Of a stretch of 64,000 nucleotides of DNA, positions 8,812 to 20,110 are shown in pieces. Position numbers and translations under genes: made by a program. Source of the stretch: an uncultured Candidatus Poseidoniales archaeon (GTDB lineage: Archaea; Thermoplasmatota; Poseidoniia; Poseidoniales; Poseidoniaceae). Within the stretch, counting starts at the first letter, position 1. Each line of letters begins with the position of its first letter. The stretch spans positions 71,366 through 135,365 of the forward strand of contig CAZTGO010000002.1 of the NCBI GenBank assembly GCA_964613395.1, read 5' to 3'. Under the pieces are notes generated by a model. It saw only the letters and a program-made list of their open reading frames with translations. It did not search any database and had not been told where the DNA came from.

Positions 8812-9846
8812 ATGAGGGCAAACACAGCGTACGTTGCTGCACGAGCAAAATCTCGTAAAAGCAATCTTGCTGACAAGGCAAGGTTAAGGCAACTTGTTCG
8901 TCAATCACCAGATCAACTCACTATAGCAGTTGGTGACATGGGTTATCGAAATGAGATTGACATGTACGCAGGAAAACTTACGGGAGGCGATTTGGTTGAG
9001 GCAGCACTTACCCACAATCTTGAAGCCGAACTCTTGGATATTTTACGAATGTGCAACGCCAAAATTAAACCCATCATTTCAGTTTACACATTGAGGTTTG
9101 AATACCAGAACGCAAAAGTCGTTCTTCGTTCAGTCCTCAATGAGGTTGAAATCGAGAAAGTCAAAAACTCGATTTTGCCCGCCATTAACGAAATCAACAC
9201 ACCGTGGATTTCGATAATTGAAGAATCAGATACACTTCGATCAGCAGCCATTGCAATGAAGAGAAAGTCGTTTGGTCAAGCATTATCAAAACTGCCCGAA
9301 AACGCATCGTTGTATGCATATGAAGATGCATTGGATCGTCATTATTTCAACGAGGCCTTGAGTGCCCTATCCGGTAATGACAAAGCGACAAAATTTGCAA
9401 GAAAGTTACTTGCTTTGGAAATTGATCACAAGAACATCTTGAACATTTTAGAAGCGAACTCCGTTGGTTTAGAAGGCGAAGCAATTGCAAATTCTCTTCT
9501 CCCAGGAGGTCGACTCGTACCAACACGTTCGTTTTCGACAGTTGCAATGGGTGGCAAAGATGCACTTCTTGACGTGTTAAGAGCTAACAATCAATTTGAT
9601 TTGGCTGAATTCGAAGAGAAATTAAAGCAATGTGATGAGCGTCGAAGTCTCGACCCAATGGTGACATGGTTTAAGCAAAGAGAGCATGATTTCATGGCAA
9701 AGATGAGTTTTCTCCATCCCATCTCTGCCCTGCCAATTATCCATTACATCGCAATGAAAGTTGAAGAAGTGAACGATTTGAGAATTATTGTTCGTGGCTT
9801 ACTTGCTGGATTACCAGAAGAGGTCATTGACGAACACGTACTATGA
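8812..9846 (+). CDS. atpC: A-type ATP synthase subunit C
   Basis: 344 aa. N-terminus ANTAYVAARAKSRKSNL resembles the subunit C (d-type) start. Operon position lies between E and F. Confidence 0.85.
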   Translation: MRANTAYVAARAKSRKSNLADKARLRQLVRQSPDQLTIAVGDMGYRNEIDMYAGKLTGGDLVEAALTHNLEAELLDILRMCNAKIKPIISVYTLRFEYQNAKVVLRSVLNEVEIEKVKNSILPAINEINTPWISIIEESDTLRSAAIAMKRKSFGQALSKLPENASLYAYEDALDRHYFNEALSALSGNDKATKFARKLLALEIDHKNILNILEANSVGLEGEAIANSLLPGGRLVPTRSFSTVAMGGKDALLDVLRANNQFDLAEFEEKLKQCDERRSLDPMVTWFKQREHDFMAKMSFLHPISALPIIHYIAMKVEEVNDLRIIVRGLLAGLPEEVIDEHVL

Positions 9847-9856
9847 GGTGAATGAA

Positions 9857-10156
9857 GTGGAAATAGCAGTCGTTGGTTCTCCAGAATTCACTTTGGGCTT
9901 CCAGCTCGCTGGACTGTCCGAACTACACAACCCGGAATCGGATGAAGAATTACATTCGACACTCCGCGGCTTGTTATCAAATTCAAGTGTGGGAATCGTG
10001 GTTCTCGATTCGACCATTTTCCCAACACTTCCAGACAGATTAAGAGAACAACTTTCAGCATCTGTCTCACCAACCGTCCTCGGTATTGGAACCGAAGAGG
10101 ACACAACCTTACGAGATACAATTCGTAAGGCAATAGGAGTCGATCTCTGGCAATAA
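9857..10156 (+). CDS. atpF: A-type ATP synthase subunit F
   Basis: GTG 9857 follows GAGGTGA. (M)[19 protein letters not shown] is typical of the subunit F N-terminus. About 100 aa. Confidence 0.8.
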   Translation: MEIAVVGSPEFTLGFQLAGLSELHNPESDEELHSTLRGLLSNSSVGIVVLDSTIFPTLPDRLREQLSASVSPTVLGIGTEEDTTLRDTIRKAIGVDLWQ

Positions 10157-10175
10157 GAGAAAAGGAGGAATAAAA

Positions 10176-11915
<1,740 letters not shown>

Positions 11916-11925
11916 AGGTGATCAT

Positions 11926-13305
11926 ATGAGTGGAAAAGAATACAGAACAATTACAGATGTTAAGGGCCCTCTTGTTTTCCTAAACAAGACAGAACCAGTT
12001 GCTTTTGGTGAAATCGTATCGATTCGATTGTCCAACGGTGAGATGAAGAATGGCCAAGTACTCGACACATCAGATGACCTCGTCATCGTTCAAGTTTTTG
12101 AGGGCACTGCAAGCATTGACAAAGAAGCAGGCGTGACTTTCATGGGCGATGTGTTCAAACTACCTGTGAGTACAGATCTTGTCGGAAGAATTCTCGACGG
12201 TGCAGGTCGACCAAGAGACGGTGGCCCTGAAATCATCGCTGACGAGAAGGCTGACATCATCGGTGCTGCAATCAACCCATACAGTCGACAATCGCCTCAC
12301 GATTTTATTCAAACTGGAATCTCTGCGATTGATTGCTGTACAACACTTGTACGTGGACAGAAGTTGCCTATTTTCTCAGCATCCGGTCTACCTCACAATG
12401 ACATCGCACTACAAATTGCAAGGCAAGCAAAATTGAAGGGCTCTGATGAGCAATTTATTGTGGTGTTCTGTGCTATGGGTATTACTGCAGAAGAATACAA
12501 TTTCTTCAGGTCAGACCTTGAACGAACTGGAGCACTTGAAAATGCGGTTTTGTTCGTCAATCTTGCTGACGACCCAGCCGTCGAACGTATTATTACACCA
12601 CGTCTTGCTCTTACCGCAGCAGAATATCTTGCGTTTGAGAAAGACTATCACGTTCTCGTTATTTACACAGATATGACAAATTATTGTGACGCACTTCGAC
12701 AAATTGGAGCGGCTCGTGAAGAAGTACCAGGACGTCGAGGTTACCCAGGTTACATGTACACTGACCTGGCAATGCTTTACGAGCGTGCTGGAATTGTAAA
12801 AGGAAAGAAAGGTTCCATCACTCAATTCCCAATTCTTACCATGCCTGGTGACGATATTACACACCCTATTCCCGACCTATCAGGATATATCACTGAAGGT
12901 CAAATTGTGATTAGTCGTGAATTGCACCAACAAGGTATCTATCCTCCAATCAATGTACTTCCATCGTTGTCACGATTGATGGGTTCTTGTATTGGTGAGA
13001 AAACGACACGAGAAGACCACAAATCAGTTTCAGACCAAATGTATGCAGCTTATGCACAAGGCCGAGAACTACGAGGATTGGTTGCAATTGTTGGTGAAGA
13101 TGCACTCAACGAGCGTGACAAACAATTGTTGGACTTTTCAGGTGTGTTCGAAGACAAATTCCTTCGACAATCAAGAGATGAAGACCGAACAATCGATGAA
13201 ACACTCGACTTGTGTTGGACATTGATGTCATCCATTGACACCAAATACCTTGTCCGACTTGATCAAAAGTGGATTGAAAAGTATCACCCAGAAAACAGAG
13301 CTTGA
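11926..13305 (+). CDS. atpB: A-type ATP synthase subunit B
   Basis: GAGGTGA RBS before ATG 11926. The [14 protein letters not shown] start and the [15 protein letters not shown] motif are conserved in B subunits. Confidence 0.97.
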   Translation: MSGKEYRTITDVKGPLVFLNKTEPVAFGEIVSIRLSNGEMKNGQVLDTSDDLVIVQVFEGTASIDKEAGVTFMGDVFKLPVSTDLVGRILDGAGRPRDGGPEIIADEKADIIGAAINPYSRQSPHDFIQTGISAIDCCTTLVRGQKLPIFSASGLPHNDIALQIARQAKLKGSDEQFIVVFCAMGITAEEYNFFRSDLERTGALENAVLFVNLADDPAVERIITPRLALTAAEYLAFEKDYHVLVIYTDMTNYCDALRQIGAAREEVPGRRGYPGYMYTDLAMLYERAGIVKGKKGSITQFPILTMPGDDITHPIPDLSGYITEGQIVISRELHQQGIYPPINVLPSLSRLMGSCIGEKTTREDHKSVSDQMYAAYAQGRELRGLVAIVGEDALNERDKQLLDFSGVFEDKFLRQSRDEDRTIDETLDLCWTLMSSIDTKYLVRLDQKWIEKYHPENRA

Positions 13306-13327
13306 GTAAAAAGAGGACGTGAGTAGC

Positions 13328-13945
13328 ATGGCTTTGGATATCAAACCAACACGTAGCGAACTCATCAAACTTAAAGCTCGAATCAAACAAACAAAGAATG
13401 GGTACAATCTTCTCAAAATGAAGCGAGATGGTCTATTCCACGAATTCCGACAACTTCTCTCAGAAATGATTGAAGCAAAGAGAGATTTAACCAAGGCATA
13501 CCAATTAGCCAAACAAAGAATCGATTTAGCAAATGCCATCGAGGGTGGTCTTGCAGTTCGTGCGGCAGCGATTGCGAATTCCGCCCATCCCGAAGTTGAG
13601 GTTGAACGACGAAACATCATGGGTGTAGTCGTTCCTTCAGTCAGTGGAACAAATCTCAAATCTACGTTTCGAGAGCGTGGAGTTGGTTATATCGGCTCTT
13701 CTCCCTACATCGATGAAGCGAGTGATTCATTTGGGGAATTGATTGAAAAAATAGTCAAAGCATCCGAGATGGAAGCAACACTCAAGCGACTCTTGCAAGA
13801 AATCGAAGCAACAAAGCGAAGAGTGAATGCATTAGAATTCAAAGTCATTCCCGAACTTGAAGAAGCCAAAGTCTTCATTCAACTGCGCCTTGAGGAAATG
13901 GAAAGAGAAGAAACGTTCCGGTTGAAGCGATTTAAGAACAAGTAA
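13328..13945 (+). CDS. atpD: A-type ATP synthase subunit D
   Basis: MALDIKPTRSELIKLKARIK... is the typical subunit D N-terminus. Coiled-coil ends. AAGAGGA RBS upstream of ATG 13328. Confidence 0.9.
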   Translation: MALDIKPTRSELIKLKARIKQTKNGYNLLKMKRDGLFHEFRQLLSEMIEAKRDLTKAYQLAKQRIDLANAIEGGLAVRAAAIANSAHPEVEVERRNIMGVVVPSVSGTNLKSTFRERGVGYIGSSPYIDEASDSFGELIEKIVKASEMEATLKRLLQEIEATKRRVNALEFKVIPELEEAKVFIQLRLEEMEREETFRLKRFKNK

Positions 13946-14024
13946 TCGTGAAGTTTTGTTCGTTCTATCAATCGTTGGTTTCTTGATGGTTGCCGATGAC
14001 AGCGTGGTACGAGGGGGTTTTCCA

Positions 14025-16562
14025 ATGGCCACAGATTCCGTTGTCGACAAGGGAGAAGAGCCTCTTCATCTTCATCCTAAATCGTGGAATCAACACGATC
14101 TCATCGAACAAATTGTTACTCGCTATTTCGGCATTTTATCCAACCGAGGTGGCCGGTGGCCAACATATACGATACAGTCATTGAATGAAGACGATGATGT
14201 TCACGCAATCCATCGTTCATTGAATCAACATCTAGAAAAATTAGGCTGGATGTCAAAGATATTGAATGATGAACCATATGCTCTGATTGTATTTCCTACA
14301 CCAGAACGACAATTTGCTTCGACAAAAACGAAATCATTGTTCTGGATTTTCTCTTTCTTTACTTCATTGCTCGCAGGGAGTTTATTTGTCGAACATATGT
14401 TTCCGACAACTACTGAGCGTCTGATGTATGCATTAACTTACTATGCGATTCCAATCATGTTTGTCCTCTTTCTTGCAAATTCAATTCAAAAGTCAATTGC
14501 AAAGAAGCACGGAGTTCGATTAGGACCAATTTTGCCAATACCCGATCCTTCAATCATTTTGTTTTATTTTGGTATCTTGCCCCAGTCACTCCTTCTCTGG
14601 CCCTTTGGAATTCTGTTTTTACCTACACTACCTCGCATGGATGCACGTCCATGGCCCGACCGTTATTCACTTGGAATTTCTTCAATCGCAGCACCGATTG
14701 CGTTTTTCGTTGCTGGTTGCTTACTTTTTGTTTCAGGTTTGTTCCTCACCCAAGACTTTGTTGAAATCTTCGGGCAGCCTTATGCCGTTGAACCCCCACT
14801 GCTCATGGAGTTTTTGAGCCAGACCTTGATTACAGAATCTGCTGATGTGTTGTACGCATGGGCACATCCATTTGTTTTTGCTGGCATGTTCTTTCTCCTT
14901 CTCTCTTGGGTTCTTCTCCTTCCTGTACCAACATTCCCAGGTGGCAGAATCATGATTTCGAGAATGGGTATGATGGAAGCTCGTAGTGCAAGCACCCAAA
15001 CATTCCTTCTTCTTGTTTTCTTGATCTTTGCATTATTGTTTGATGTGTTTTCTTCCTTCGGCATATGGTTCTTGATTCTATCAATCTGTTTACCACTTAT
15101 TTTCTTCTATGGCAGTGATATCCGCAGTCCTTTTATCACCAATGAAACAATTGATCTAAATGAGTCTCAACATCGTCGATTAGGGACATTCCTCATCCTA
15201 ATCTTTATTCTTGCTCTTCCGAATCAAGCACCGTTGGGTTTCAATGATACTTGGGATGAACCCATGATGTTGACGACTGACACGTTAGCTGTTGCCAAAC
15301 TGCAAGATGATGGTACATGGTTGTCAATGACGCAGATTGATTTTGAAAACCCCTCTTCAATTGAACAAAAATTTACAATTTCAGCCTATATTGAAAATGA
15401 ATTTGGAGATTGGCAATTACAATGGGATTGCGCTGGTGAAGATACGTATGACCATGACGGCGAAGGCTGTGGTGCCGATGTCCGCCCTGGTTATCTGCAC
15501 CGAATGTGGCTCAATCTTACTTGGAATTCACCTCATGTGCCATATACTACGGATGTGATGATTGTCGTTGGAATCAACGATGAACTTGATTCTTTTACAT
15601 GGCAACTTGTCCCCGACGCACCGATTTACACCTCAGAGTCTTGGGTGGCTCAACCTTCAAGTTTGGAATCGACTTGGTGTACAGAGATTTACACAACGTC
15701 AAAACAAAAGCAACAATTCAATGTAAGTCTTGATTATTTGCACATCGATGACCTACAAGCAGATGCTCTTCGAATTCAAGGCGTGCTTTCCAATTCGACA
15801 ACATACCCAGAGAATTTACCAGAAAAAATTTGCTTCAATGGCCTCGATGAGATTATTCACTTTGTCGCTCAACCGATTCTTCAAATCAACAACAGAAGCT
15901 ATGCTCCAATGTTTCCAACCCTTCGAGAACTCCAAATGATTGTACCTTCGGAAGGTTGGCTCATAAAAAGTGATGATGCATCGTCATGGGGTTCATATTT
16001 TGATCAGGAACAAATCCTTGCAGTGAACGAACCTTGCCCACTTCATCCAACGGTTAGTGTACCTACGAGACCAACTCAAGGCCAGTGGGTGTGGAACACG
16101 AACATCAAACCGATAGCTCGTATACCTCATGTAGGAGATAGCAGCAATTTGACAATCTTGGTTGAACCCTCACAGAACATTTCAGTTTGTGACGATTCAT
16201 TCAATCCATACCCATTGTATCAGATGCCTTCTATTGAGGGTCCGGAAATGGTTGCCTATTGGCAAGGTGGAATGACAAGATTGTGGACAACTCCTTGGTT
16301 TGTTGCTATGAATGGCACATTTTTCGCAACACAGGATGGAAATCTCTCACTTCATAACCCAAATGATGAGGATGTACCATTTCGTTTATCGGTTGTCGGT
16401 AACGGAGACTCTTGGACTCTCCCTTCGATGCTAACCGAAAATGAAACCTTGCCACAGGGCACACATCAGTTTCAGTTTCTACCACCAAATTCACCTTACT
16501 CTGCATTTTGGATCAGTCACCAATCTGGTGAAATTGTATTCCATTTCACGAGTTTTAGGTGA
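14025..16562 (+). CDS. Polytopic membrane protein, M50 (site-2 protease)-like fold with catalytic motifs replaced, plus large C-terminal extracytoplasmic domain
   Basis: ANSIQKSIAKKHGVRLGP aligns with the M50 motif HE[LF]GH..AAKKYGV, with HExxH replaced by NSIQK. LLLPVPTFPGGRIM aligns with NLLP.(P)LDGGRI, with LDG replaced by FPG. There are at least 8 hydrophobic segments followed by about 470 aa of N-x-S/T-rich soluble domain. Start ATG 14025 follows GAGGGGG; the track TTG at 13956 is an alternative. Confidence 0.55.
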   Translation: MATDSVVDKGEEPLHLHPKSWNQHDLIEQIVTRYFGILSNRGGRWPTYTIQSLNEDDDVHAIHRSLNQHLEKLGWMSKILNDEPYALIVFPTPERQFASTKTKSLFWIFSFFTSLLAGSLFVEHMFPTTTERLMYALTYYAIPIMFVLFLANSIQKSIAKKHGVRLGPILPIPDPSIILFYFGILPQSLLLWPFGILFLPTLPRMDARPWPDRYSLGISSIAAPIAFFVAGCLLFVSGLFLTQDFVEIFGQPYAVEPPLLMEFLSQTLITESADVLYAWAHPFVFAGMFFLLLSWVLLLPVPTFPGGRIMISRMGMMEARSASTQTFLLLVFLIFALLFDVFSSFGIWFLILSICLPLIFFYGSDIRSPFITNETIDLNESQHRRLGTFLILIFILALPNQAPLGFNDTWDEPMMLTTDTLAVAKLQDDGTWLSMTQIDFENPSSIEQKFTISAYIENEFGDWQLQWDCAGEDTYDHDGEGCGADVRPGYLHRMWLNLTWNSPHVPYTTDVMIVVGINDELDSFTWQLVPDAPIYTSESWVAQPSSLESTWCTEIYTTSKQKQQFNVSLDYLHIDDLQADALRIQGVLSNSTTYPENLPEKICFNGLDEIIHFVAQPILQINNRSYAPMFPTLRELQMIVPSEGWLIKSDDASSWGSYFDQEQILAVNEPCPLHPTVSVPTRPTQGQWVWNTNIKPIARIPHVGDSSNLTILVEPSQNISVCDDSFNPYPLYQMPSIEGPEMVAYWQGGMTRLWTTPWFVAMNGTFFATQDGNLSLHNPNDEDVPFRLSVVGNGDSWTLPSMLTENETLPQGTHQFQFLPPNSPYSAFWISHQSGEIVFHFTSFR

Positions 16563-16567
16563 TTTGA

Positions 16568-17515
16568 ATGTTTAGAATTTCAATTTTTGGTGTCGGGGCA
16601 ATAGGAGGCGTTATTGCAGCATCGCTTTCAAATGAGGAAAAAACCGCAATTCATCTCCATGTTCGGGGTGCATGGGGGTCCCACCTGATGTTAAATGGTG
16701 TACATATTGAAGGTGAAACATCGATATCAGTATCGCCCGAACGATTTGATTTCACATTTCAAGAGCAACCTTATCCTAAGGCGATGGAATCTGCTTCGGA
16801 TGTAGCAATCATTTGTAGTAAGGCAACGGATATTGAGGCTCTGCTACCACTCGTTCAACGTACTCTAAAACCAGAGGGTATTGTTTGTATTCTTTCAAAT
16901 GGTTTGGGTCTTGTTGAAATTTCCCGTCGATACTTACCTGTTGAAACATTGGTCTACTCGTCGATCACTCATGGGGCTTTTCGTGATGGAAATGTCATCA
17001 CGTGGGCAGGAAAAGGTGGCATACAAATTGAACATCCTGACCGAGTGCAGCACACAACAATTTTGCAACATCTGATCGAGTTGTTTCAATTGACTGGTCT
17101 GAACCCAATCCTCAAAGAAAACGGTAAAGCAATTGTATGGGATAAGGCGTTATTGAATATTGCAATCAATCCTATCGCTGCATTAACTGGAAAGAAAAAC
17201 GGAGATTTACTTCAACACAACCTTTTTCAAAATTGTATGCATCTTTTCAAAGAAGCTTCGATGATTGCTTCATACGAAGGTGTAGATGTGATGGATGAAT
17301 TTCAATTTGAAATTCGACTACAGGAAGTACTGACTTCCACGTCTGAAAATCAGTGTAGCATGCTACAAGATATTCAGTTTGGCAGAGAAACCGAAATCGA
17401 TTTTCTCAATGGAAAAATTGTTGATTTAGCAGAAAAACACGGTATATTTGTGCCTAGGAACACGCTCATTACAGACCTTATTCGTTCGATTCATCCTACG
17501 AAATCTGTATTGTAA
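16568..17515 (+). CDS. panE: 2-dehydropantoate 2-reductase (ketopantoate reductase)
   Basis: N-terminal Rossmann motif ISIFGVGAIGG. KALLNIAINPIAALTGKKNGDLL and SMLQDIQFGRETEIDFLNG are typical of ApbA/PanE. Confidence 0.8.
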   Translation: MFRISIFGVGAIGGVIAASLSNEEKTAIHLHVRGAWGSHLMLNGVHIEGETSISVSPERFDFTFQEQPYPKAMESASDVAIICSKATDIEALLPLVQRTLKPEGIVCILSNGLGLVEISRRYLPVETLVYSSITHGAFRDGNVITWAGKGGIQIEHPDRVQHTTILQHLIELFQLTGLNPILKENGKAIVWDKALLNIAINPIAALTGKKNGDLLQHNLFQNCMHLFKEASMIASYEGVDVMDEFQFEIRLQEVLTSTSENQCSMLQDIQFGRETEIDFLNGKIVDLAEKHGIFVPRNTLITDLIRSIHPTKSVL

Positions 17516-19104
17516 TGAAGTCCACAATTTTCCGTTTGATCGATTGCATCTTGGATAACTAATTTTCCAACAAGAACAAGATTTCTCAATTCAATCAATT
17601 CTCTTGTTGGGATACTTGATTCCCAAATAAGGTCGATTTCCTTTTCCAATAATTCAACTCTACGCTCTGCTCTATAGAGCCTTTGATTCGTTCGAACAAT
17701 GCCTACCTCATTGAACATTGCATGTTGTAATGATTTGAGGTCGTTCCGTAAGGGTGCGTGTTCCTTCAGTTGTTCTAATCCATCTGCTCTCCAATCGGGT
17801 ATTTCACCTTCATAGGAGGTGCGATGATGTTCGATGATGTGCTGTGCAGCATTATAAGCATAGACGACCGCTTCTAGTAAACTGTTAGAGGCCAGTCGAT
17901 TCGCACCGTGCATCCCCGTGCAAGCTACTTCACCTATTGCATACAACGAAGGAATGAATTGTTGAGTTCCGCGAAGGTATGACTGACCGTATTCATTGAC
18001 TTTAATACCTCCAACCATGTAATGCGCTGCAGGAGAGACAGGAATTGGATCAACACCTAATTTTAATCCAAATTCACGAAGATGTTTACTCATCGTGGGA
18101 AATTGATCATCCAATTCTTCGGCATTAAGATGTGATGTAATGAGATAAACACAATCGTCTCCAGTTCGTTTTAATACAGTATCAATAGCCCTCGCAAGAA
18201 CATCTCGCGTTGCCAATGAACCCATGCTTGAATATTCAAGAGTAAAGGAATACAGTTCAGGTGACGGTTTTTCTTCGGAAGAGTCCTTGCAATCTTTCAT
18301 CCATGCATCGAGGCCAGCAGAGTCCAACAATACCGCTCCGTGACCTCTCAGTGCTTCAGTCACTAAAAATGGACGATGCTCTTTGAGTGTGGATGCAGTT
18401 GGGTGAAACTGTACAAAAGCCATGTCTTTAATTTGTGCTCCAAATCGGTGTGCCATCCCGATACCATCACCAGTTGCTACATCAGGATTGGTTGTCTTTT
18501 CCCAGAGGACGCCAACACCACCAGTCGCAAGAATTGCGACATCACATCGAATTGTTTGAATCTTTTTTGATATTTGATCGTAACACCAAAGGCCTACGAC
18601 GCCGTGTTCAGGATTTGAGTAGTCCTTGCGAATCAAATCAATCGCAAGTGTGTTTGCTAAAATTTTGATTCTTTGATGCGATTCAGATTTTTTGATGAGG
18701 GCACGTTCAATTTCTTTGCCAGTTGCATCTTTTGAATGTAGAATTCGGTGTTCACTATGACCTCCCTCCCGAGCTGTAGAATACCTGCCATCGCTTTCTT
18801 TTTGAAAATCAACACCATAAGATACGAGATCCTTTATTCGAAGATGTGCTTGTTCAACAACCATTCGCACAACGTCTTCATCACACCTGCCATCGCCTGC
18901 TGTTATTGTATCTGTAATATGAGAGGCGATACCGTCGTGATTGGTCGTATCCAAAATCGCAGCAATGCCTCCCTGTGCCCAATTCGTTGAGGAATCTTTT
19001 GTTCTTTTTTTTGTGATAATAGTGACAGTATGGCCTGCATCAGCTAATTGGAGCGCTGTGAATAGTCCTGCGATTCCTGAACCGACAATCGCCACGTGCA
19101 CCAT
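17491..19104 (-). CDS. nadB: L-aspartate oxidase
   Basis: VAIVGSGIAGL FAD motif, plus WAQGGIAA, ILATGG, FHPT and HGANRLASNSLLE. 537 aa. Confidence 0.9.
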   Translation of the reverse strand: MVHVAIVGSGIAGLFTALQLADAGHTVTIITKKRTKDSSTNWAQGGIAAILDTTNHDGIASHITDTITAGDGRCDEDVVRMVVEQAHLRIKDLVSYGVDFQKESDGRYSTAREGGHSEHRILHSKDATGKEIERALIKKSESHQRIKILANTLAIDLIRKDYSNPEHGVVGLWCYDQISKKIQTIRCDVAILATGGVGVLWEKTTNPDVATGDGIGMAHRFGAQIKDMAFVQFHPTASTLKEHRPFLVTEALRGHGAVLLDSAGLDAWMKDCKDSSEEKPSPELYSFTLEYSSMGSLATRDVLARAIDTVLKRTGDDCVYLITSHLNAEELDDQFPTMSKHLREFGLKLGVDPIPVSPAAHYMVGGIKVNEYGQSYLRGTQQFIPSLYAIGEVACTGMHGANRLASNSLLEAVVYAYNAAQHIIEHHRTSYEGEIPDWRADGLEQLKEHAPLRNDLKSLQHAMFNEVGIVRTNQRLYRAERRVELLEKEIDLIWESSIPTRELIELRNLVLVGKLVIQDAIDQTENCGLHYNTDFVG

Positions 19105-19215
19105 ACGCCATTCTCCTTGGTTCTCCGTCCGTCTTCATGGTTATGTCGTTTATCATATGATATTCAAGTGATGATGATGCGATAATTCTAATGATTGGGT
19201 GCGTTTTCGACAATC

Positions 19216-19983
19216 ATGGGCGCAAAGAAAAGTCTTGGGACCATAATCGGCGGTGCCATCGTCGCCTTTGTTGTACTCAACGCCCAATTCGGCCTTGTTG
19301 CACCTATGTTTATCGAAGGCTCCGATGGTTACAAACTCGATGTTGTCCTCCTCGCAGACCCGAATTGTGCCTTTCAAACTATAGAAAGTGAATTGCAGAC
19401 ATCTGGAGCATCGTACTGTCTTCAAGAAAAAGGACAATGGGATGGTGCTGATTTCATGATGCTGGCAGAAGGCCTCGTCATTCTCCTTGCTGGTCGATGG
19501 GAATTGCCTCAACACAAAAGGTGGGCTCAACGAGCTCGAAAAGTTGGCTTTGTCACCGGAATCGGTCTCTTTTCTATTGCCATCCTCGACCGCCTTGGCT
19601 GGCTCCCACATGCTGCGAGTTCAGAAGGCTTAGCGACTTTGATGCCTTTCAACATTCAACCTTGGTTACTCCAAATTGCTATTGCAGGACTTGGGTACAT
19701 GCTAATACGTGGACCAAAATACTGGGACCCAATCGCACTCGAACAATCTAGGGAAAAGACTCTTGTGAAAAGGGAGCGAAAAGAAGCCTTTGCAAATGCC
19801 TTCTATGCCAAAGAAGATAACTCACACGAAAAGACAAAAAATCGAATTCAGCGATCTCGTCTCTTACAACAAGACACGAATTTGAAGATGAAAAAACGAA
19901 GGAAAGGCCTCCTTGTCATGGCTACTTGCCCGTACTGCAAAGGAAAAGGTTGCAAGAAATGCAATCAATTGGGCGTTTTTTGA
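19216..19983 (+). CDS. Membrane protein (about 4 TM) with basic linker and C-terminal CxxCxGxG-CxxCxxxG zinc finger
   Basis: Hydrophobic segments IIGGAIVAFVVL, LAEGLVILLAG, VGFVTGIGLFSIAIL and LLQIAIAGLGYMLI. C-terminus CPYCKGKGCKKCNQLG. ATG 19216; TTG 19195 is an alternative. Confidence 0.5.
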   Translation: MGAKKSLGTIIGGAIVAFVVLNAQFGLVAPMFIEGSDGYKLDVVLLADPNCAFQTIESELQTSGASYCLQEKGQWDGADFMMLAEGLVILLAGRWELPQHKRWAQRARKVGFVTGIGLFSIAILDRLGWLPHAASSEGLATLMPFNIQPWLLQIAIAGLGYMLIRGPKYWDPIALEQSREKTLVKRERKEAFANAFYAKEDNSHEKTKNRIQRSRLLQQDTNLKMKKRRKGLLVMATCPYCKGKGCKKCNQLGVF

Positions 19984-20110
19984 AGAACTCCGGCAAACGA
20001 AAACAACCTTCAAAATCGTGGTGCCAAGGTGCATTTAATTCAAATTCTTTAAATCCTGTTAAATTTCGGTGAAAGAGGTAGGCCGAGATAAACCTTCTCG
20101 GTTGGAGGGA

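Noticed and set aside
13228-13659. 143-aa minus-strand ORF
   Set aside because: It is antisense to the atpB 3' end and atpD, both of which have unmistakable family motifs. It is a shadow ORF.
19153-19611. 152-aa minus-strand ORF
   Set aside because: It is antisense to the plus-strand membrane-protein ORF, which shows four clean hydrophobic helices and a zinc finger. The minus-strand translation has none of these features.
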